A DNA stretch of 64,000 nucleotides. Source: Candidatus Hydrogenedentota bacterium. Its GTDB lineage: Bacteria; Hydrogenedentota; Hydrogenedentia; Hydrogenedentales; SLHB01. The notes under the pieces were generated by a model, which saw only the letters and a program-made list of their open reading frames with translations, was not told where the DNA came from and did not search any database. This document shows positions 59,098 through 64,000 of the stretch, one piece after another (within the stretch, counting starts at the first letter, position 1; each line of letters starts with the position of its first letter). Location: the NCBI GenBank assembly GCA_963745075.1, contig CAVUWV010000010.1:416001-480000 (forward strand), written 5' to 3'. Made by a program: the position numbers and the translations under genes.

Positions 59098-60543
59098 ATG
59101 TGCAAATTGCCGGTGGTGACTGGGGTCTTGGCGGTTATTCTCTGTTCTGCGCCGTGGGCGAAAGCGGGATCGCTCCACACGGAAACGTTTGACCGCGATC
59201 CGCGTTGGGACGGGCTGAACAATCGGTCGGAAGCGTTCGAGAAGCGCGTTATCGTGCAGGATTTCGGTTACGCCCCGGACGTTCGCGTGGGGGAAAGCCC
59301 GGGCGCCATCGGCGGTCTGGTCACCCCCATCGGGGTTCCCTCGTATTATGCGAAGCCGGTTCCAGCCCGTGGCTACGATACGCCGTTCAGCGCCTCGGGC
59401 ACGATCCGCGTCGAACCGGGCCCGGGCAACACCCTCTTCGGTTTCTTCAACGCCGACACGCTCAATGAATGGCGCACGCCGAATTCGTTGGTCTTCCGGA
59501 TATATGGACGTGGGGACGTTTTTCACGTTCACGTCGAATACATGACATCGAAGTGGCGCGCGGGCGCGGGCGTCATCGGCCGCGTGGACAAAGCGGCGGA
59601 CCGCGTGTATCCACTGGAGATCGCAAGTGGAACTCTCCATACCTGGTCGCTTTCGTACGATCCGTCAAGCGCCGACGGGTGCGGCGAAATCGTCGCGACA
59701 TTCGATGACGTGCGCGCGGTGTGTGCGCTAACGGAAGCGCACCGGTCCGATGGAGCAACGTTCAATCGCTTCGGCATACTCGACGTTATCAAACATGCGG
59801 ACGGTCCCGGCAGGTTATGGCTTGGCGATCTGATGATCGATGGCGAACGACAGGATCTGAGTCGTGATCCGCGCTGGAAGGGCGTCGGGAATCGCACGCG
59901 GTTTGAGAGCAGCGACGTGCGGCCGCGTTTCGATTTCGGGTATAGCCCGACGCACTACGCGGGCGGCAAGGCCGGCGAAGTCGGCGGCTTGTTCTTTCGC
60001 GGCGATTGCCGGTATCCCGAACGGCTGGCATATTACGGCGCGCCAACCAAACCACTGAATCTCGAAAGCACACTGCACGCCGAAGGCAAACTCGCACTCT
60101 GCCGCGGCGTGACCGACAGCACCACGCTGTTTGGTTTCTTCAATTCCGCGAGTAGTGTATTGGTAAATGATTCCCAGCAGTACGCCGACCCCATGGACGT
60201 TCTCGGCATCGCCATCGAGGGTCCGTCCTCGGAAGGGTTCTTCGTGTATCCCGTCTACCGCGTGCACGGTGACGGCCACGCCGCGGGACGCGTCGCCGGA
60301 GCGAAGAACATTTACCCCGACGGCGCCGTGCACGCCTGGGCGTTGGATTATGCGCCCGGGAAGGCGAGCGACGAGGCACGCATTACACTTACCGTCGATG
60401 ATGTGACGGTCGATTTGCCCGTAGAATCGGATCACCTGAAGGAAGGCGCGACCTTCGATCGGTTCGGTTTCGTAACGCCGTGGATTGATGGAAACGGGCA
60501 GGTGGTTTACTTCGACGATCTGACCTTTACGGTCGAGCAATAG
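59098..60543 (+). CDS. Secreted hypothetical protein with two-fold internal repeat
   Basis: Signal peptide; RDPRW..NR..FGY..GGL and GATFxRFG each occur twice. Confidence 0.75.
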   Translation: MCKLPVVTGVLAVILCSAPWAKAGSLHTETFDRDPRWDGLNNRSEAFEKRVIVQDFGYAPDVRVGESPGAIGGLVTPIGVPSYYAKPVPARGYDTPFSASGTIRVEPGPGNTLFGFFNADTLNEWRTPNSLVFRIYGRGDVFHVHVEYMTSKWRAGAGVIGRVDKAADRVYPLEIASGTLHTWSLSYDPSSADGCGEIVATFDDVRAVCALTEAHRSDGATFNRFGILDVIKHADGPGRLWLGDLMIDGERQDLSRDPRWKGVGNRTRFESSDVRPRFDFGYSPTHYAGGKAGEVGGLFFRGDCRYPERLAYYGAPTKPLNLESTLHAEGKLALCRGVTDSTTLFGFFNSASSVLVNDSQQYADPMDVLGIAIEGPSSEGFFVYPVYRVHGDGHAAGRVAGAKNIYPDGAVHAWALDYAPGKASDEARITLTVDDVTVDLPVESDHLKEGATFDRFGFVTPWIDGNGQVVYFDDLTFTVEQ

Positions 60544-60639
60544 CAGAGTTCCCGGAATTCATTTGGTCCCGTTCATCCCCGTGCATTACAATCAAGTCCC
60601 GGTGACACCCCTTTCCCCCAACGCATGAAAGACGCCTGA

Positions 60640-61323
60640 ATGAGCGACAAATCCCCCGAATCCCTGTGGAATTTGATGAACCTGTTTTTCCGCGCGCACC
60701 CGTGGCACGGCGTGTCCATTGGCGAACGTGCGCCCGAGATCGTCACGGTCTACGTCGAAATGACGCCGACGGACAACGTGAAGTACGAGCTGGACAAGGA
60801 AAGCGGCCTATTGAAAGTGGACCGCCCGCAACGGTATTCGAGCGTATGCCCGACGCTATACGGATTCGTGCCGCAGACCTATTCCGGCGATTTGTCGGCG
60901 GAGTTGTGCCGGGAGAAAACCGGGCGCAAGGATATCGTCGGCGATAGCGACCCGTTAGATATCTGCGTGTTGTCCGAAAAGCCGATCCGGAAAAGCAACG
61001 TCCTGCTGCGGGCCATCCCCATCGGCGGACTGCGCATGCTCGACGGCAATGAGGCCGACGACAAAATCATCGCCGCCATGGTCGACGACGAGACCTTTGG
61101 CGAAATGAGCCGGATCGAGGAGTGCCCGTCGCGGCTGGTGGATCGCATGCGCCACTACTTCCTGACCTATAAACAGGCCCCTGATGCGGTCGACAAAGTT
61201 TGTGAGATCACCCACGTCTACGGCCGCGAAGAAGCCCAAGAAGTTATTCGCCGCGCCCAGGAGGATTACCACCGCCGCTACCCCGACATGGCGACAAGAC
61301 TCGCCGCCGCGTTGAAAGGCTGA
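60640..61323 (+). CDS. ppa: Soluble inorganic pyrophosphatase (family I)
   Basis: HPWHG, KYELDK, YGFVPQT, GDSDPLDI, DDKII. Confidence 0.93.
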   Translation: MSDKSPESLWNLMNLFFRAHPWHGVSIGERAPEIVTVYVEMTPTDNVKYELDKESGLLKVDRPQRYSSVCPTLYGFVPQTYSGDLSAELCREKTGRKDIVGDSDPLDICVLSEKPIRKSNVLLRAIPIGGLRMLDGNEADDKIIAAMVDDETFGEMSRIEECPSRLVDRMRHYFLTYKQAPDAVDKVCEITHVYGREEAQEVIRRAQEDYHRRYPDMATRLAAALKG

Positions 61324-61342
61324 GGCGGATACGTCGTTCTCG

Positions 61343-61897
61343 TTACTTGTGCTGCGGTTCCTGCTCCCGGCATTGGCCGTGGCGATGGCCGTGCTGACCG
61401 CCGCCACCGTGTCCCCCGCCATGACCGCAGCATTCGCCGTGATGGTGGCGTTCCTGGCCATGTTGGCCGGTGCAGGCGTGGCCTCGTTCTTCGGGGTCGC
61501 GGTGGAGGTTTTCGCTGGCGCAGGCCGGGCAGGTGTCCGGACGCGGCGTGCCGCACGGCACGGCGAAACGGTGGTTGCATTCGGAACAGATGAAATGTCG
61601 ATCGCGTTTCATGGCGATGGTTCCCCCTTCGACTCGTACCGCCAAGCCATGGACCAGCGCTTGCGCAACCTTTCGGCGGGCGCCTTCGATGAGCCGGCCA
61701 AAGGTTGCCCGCGATACGTTGATCTGCTTCGCGGCATCCCCGTGGTAGAGCCCCTCCAAATCCCCCAGGCGAAGGGCTTCCAACTCATCCAGGCGCAGCG
61801 TCACCGCGTCCATCTCCCGGACCGGAATTCCGGCGGGCTTGAACACCCGTGCAGGCGGGTCTGCGCCGATCCATCGGCATTTGTGTGGTCGAGCCAT
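61343..61897 (-). CDS. DUF134 DNA-binding protein with Zn-ribbon and His/Gly-rich tail
   Basis: MARPHKCR, FKPAG, DELEALRLGD, VSRATF, AR.KVA.ALV.G; CSEC...CPAC; HGGGHGGGGQHGHRHG. Confidence 0.88.
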   Translation of the reverse strand: MARPHKCRWIGADPPARVFKPAGIPVREMDAVTLRLDELEALRLGDLEGLYHGDAAKQINVSRATFGRLIEGARRKVAQALVHGLAVRVEGGTIAMKRDRHFICSECNHRFAVPCGTPRPDTCPACASENLHRDPEERGHACTGQHGQERHHHGECCGHGGGHGGGGQHGHRHGQCREQEPQHK

Positions 61898-61919
61898 GGT
61901 TGATAGCTTTCAGTTTCTA

Positions 61920-61939
61920 TTATGAGTATATGCTCATAA
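61920..61939. promoter_or_regulatory. 20-bp palindromic operator upstream of the DUF134 gene
   Basis: ttatgagtatatgctcataa (18/20 self-complementary), 22 bp upstream of the start codon. Confidence 0.65.
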
Positions 61940-62005
61940 CTGTGGTTTGTCAAGGACTGGGTTTATTGCCCCCAGTCTTCCCTAGTGCTCTTTCTTGGAG
62001 AAAGA

Positions 62006-62151
62006 CACAGCCGGGGCGGCTGTGCCACACGTCTAACTCCAGTGACTCCTGATTCGGCTTCCGTGACAGAGTGCTCATCGAAAATCCATGGCTGAAACTC
62101 CGAAGACGATGTGTCAGGAATGCGAGTGTGGCACAGCCGCCCCCGGCTGTG
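62006..62151. repeat. GTGG-class REP doublet
   Basis: cacagccggggcggctgtgccacac (62006-62030) and inverted gtgtggcacagccgcccccggctgtg (62126-62151). Confidence 0.8.
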
Positions 62152-62200
62152 GTCTTCCATGCCACGGGGACGAGTCTGTAATTGTCTCCTTGTGAATGCC

Positions 62201-63613
62201 TTACGCGTACTGCGCCACCACCGCCAACCCGGTGGCGACGCTGGTGAAGGTATCGCGCTGGAGGAGTTTTTCGGCCCCGAATCGGGAGGTAAGCATGCGG
62301 CGGACGGCGGGGATTAAACTGGTACCACCCGTGGTGAGGACCCGATCGATTTGGTCCGAGGTGATCCCGGCGGTCTTCTCGGCCTCGTCGATGCTGGCGA
62401 ACATATCCTCGAGGGTTGGCTCGATGATGTGGGTGAACTCGGTTCGGCCCAGCTTTTCGCTGATTTGGATGGCCTCTTTGTGGATCTCGAGGTGGGCTTC
62501 CCACTCCGTGGACAACAGCTTCTTGGCGGCCTCGACCTTACGGACGAGGGGGTAGCCGTAATTCCGCTGAATCAGCGTCCGCAACGCGCGGATGGCCTCG
62601 GGCTGCGTGGAACTCACCTCCGTGGCGATAAGCCAGTTGATGATCTCCTCCGTGTTCAGCTTGTAGAGGTTCTGCCAGTCGATAATCGAGTTATACACGT
62701 GCTGGGGCATGGGCAACTGGGCCGGACCGTATCGGGAGCGGCTCCCAAGACAGGGGAACACCTTCGCCCGGATAATCTCCTTGTCGATGGCGTCGCCCGC
62801 GATGGGGACGCCCGCCACGCCGAGGATGCGGCTTTCCGCCAGGCGTTCCGCGGCATTCTGCGCCCCGCCAAATTCCATGATGCAGATGTCGCAGGTGCCG
62901 CCGCCGATATCGACCACCATAAGCCGTTGTTTACGGTCCCGTTCGATGGCGTACTCGACGCAGGCCGCCACGGGCTCGTAGAAGAAAACCACCTCTTTGA
63001 ACCCGACCAAACCGGCCGCACGGCGGAGGCGCTCCTCGGCGACATCATCTTCACCCGGCCGCATGGAGAAATGGACCGGCCGCCCAAAAACCGCCCGCTC
63101 GACGGGTTCGCCCGCGAGGCGGTCCACGGCCTCCTTGATGGGCTGGAGAATCATGGCCGTCAGTTCTTCGATCTGATAAGTGGTGCCGAAAACCTCCGTG
63201 CCCTTAAAATCCCGATAACGGAGCGAGCTTTTGATGGACTGGAACAGCCGGCCCGGCGAATTAACCTCGACGGTCGCCCGCGCACGGACCGCTTCCCGCA
63301 TGCCGTCGCCGTCTTCCCGGGGGCGGTATCCTTCCGTCTTGTCCGGCTCGGAGGCGACGTAGCCCTCGATGTCGATGCCGAGATCGACTTGCTGAAGCAC
63401 GACTTCGCGATCGACGTTTCGATCGATGAAGGCGTTAGCAGCAGCACGTCCGACGATGGTTTCGCCGTCGCTCGAGATATAGAGCAGGGACGGGAGGGAC
63501 TTGGGGCTGTCGTTCAAGGCGTCTACGTCGAGGACGCGGACATCCTGATTCTCCGAAACCGCGACACTCGAATTCGAGGTCCCGAAATCAATTCCGCAGG
63601 CCAACCGTCCCAT
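62201..63613 (-). CDS. Hsp70 family protein (YegD-like)
   Basis: GIDFGTSNS, GRPVHF, EPVAA, VDIGGGTCD, LTTGGTS, TSVATGL. Confidence 0.9.
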   Translation of the reverse strand: MGRLACGIDFGTSNSSVAVSENQDVRVLDVDALNDSPKSLPSLLYISSDGETIVGRAAANAFIDRNVDREVVLQQVDLGIDIEGYVASEPDKTEGYRPREDGDGMREAVRARATVEVNSPGRLFQSIKSSLRYRDFKGTEVFGTTYQIEELTAMILQPIKEAVDRLAGEPVERAVFGRPVHFSMRPGEDDVAEERLRRAAGLVGFKEVVFFYEPVAACVEYAIERDRKQRLMVVDIGGGTCDICIMEFGGAQNAAERLAESRILGVAGVPIAGDAIDKEIIRAKVFPCLGSRSRYGPAQLPMPQHVYNSIIDWQNLYKLNTEEIINWLIATEVSSTQPEAIRALRTLIQRNYGYPLVRKVEAAKKLLSTEWEAHLEIHKEAIQISEKLGRTEFTHIIEPTLEDMFASIDEAEKTAGITSDQIDRVLTTGGTSLIPAVRRMLTSRFGAEKLLQRDTFTSVATGLAVVAQYA

Positions 63614-63768
63614 GCGAATACACCCACCCCGTCACGCCGACCGCCGGCGCGCTACTTACTTCAATTCCGTGGAAAACAACCCAAGCGCGGCACGCTCGAT
63701 CCGCTCTCACGGATGGCGCGCGCCGCGCTGAACTTCGACAGATAACACCACAAACCGGCAATCCATTT

Positions 63769-64000
63769 CTACCACGCCGGCAGATCGTATAGGACTTTAT
63801 CACGTTCTCGCGCGTTCGTTACGACTGGAACCATTCCGAGAACACTGCACCGCTCAAACTTGAACTGACGCGCCAATGTCGGAATTCCATCGTAACGCTC
63901 CACACTATAGGCCGCTGCTCGAATTTGAATCACCGGAACCACACCCATCCTGTACGATTCACAATAGAGCAGCCAGGACTCCGTCGCTGTGCCCTCATCA
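63769..64000 (-). CDS. Possible 3' end of a gene entering from the right edge
   Basis: Open frame of 76 codons (DEGTATESW...YDLPAW*) from the window edge; no recognisable motif. Confidence 0.35.
   Translation of the reverse strand, partial: DEGTATESWLLYCESYRMGVVPVIQIRAAAYSVERYDGIPTLARQFKFERCSVLGMVPVVTNARERDKVLYDLPAW

Noticed and set aside
62351..63745. 464-aa + strand ORF
   Set aside because: Antisense shadow of the YegD-like Hsp70 gene
1..64000. tRNA/rRNA genes, transposases, integrases, prophage genes
   Set aside because: None recognised by eye; a tRNAscan/Infernal/HMM run would be needed to exclude them formally

Overview
High-GC (~60%) bacterial chromosome segment. Gene content (solute-binding/permease fusion, DUF4838, two DUF2961/GH172 genes, a DUF1549/1553-DUF1501-PPC cluster, secreted NiSOD) suggests Candidatus Hydrogenedentota or a PVC-like lineage; this is inference only. 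Housekeeping genes (guaA, guaB, cimA, apgM, rsmG, thiG, trxA, asd, PBP1A, ppa, YegD-like Hsp70) are interleaved with carbohydrate-utilisation genes, two toxin-antitoxin-like pairs and several families of short palindromic (REP-like) intergenic elements. Two parS sites sit inside rsmG. The most striking observation is a small minus-strand SEC-C (Zn-binding) gene at 53523-53768. From its best ribosome-binding site it is only readable as an 80-aa protein via three successive +1 shifts, each at an identical C-UUU-CA hexamer with UUU in frame, which makes it a candidate multi-step programmed frameshifting gene. Other highlights: a histone-H1-like tail fused to an IMPase/FBPase, a stand-alone secreted protein behind tandem sigma54 and near-consensus sigma70 promoters, a ~110-bp dispersed hairpin element, a REP-like element translated inside a membrane protein, and a DUF134 gene with a palindromic operator. 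Five further isolated +1 insertions (15395, ~46134, ~47164, ~47639, ~52668) may be sequencing errors or pseudogenisation. All product calls come from motif recognition by eye; no searches were run.
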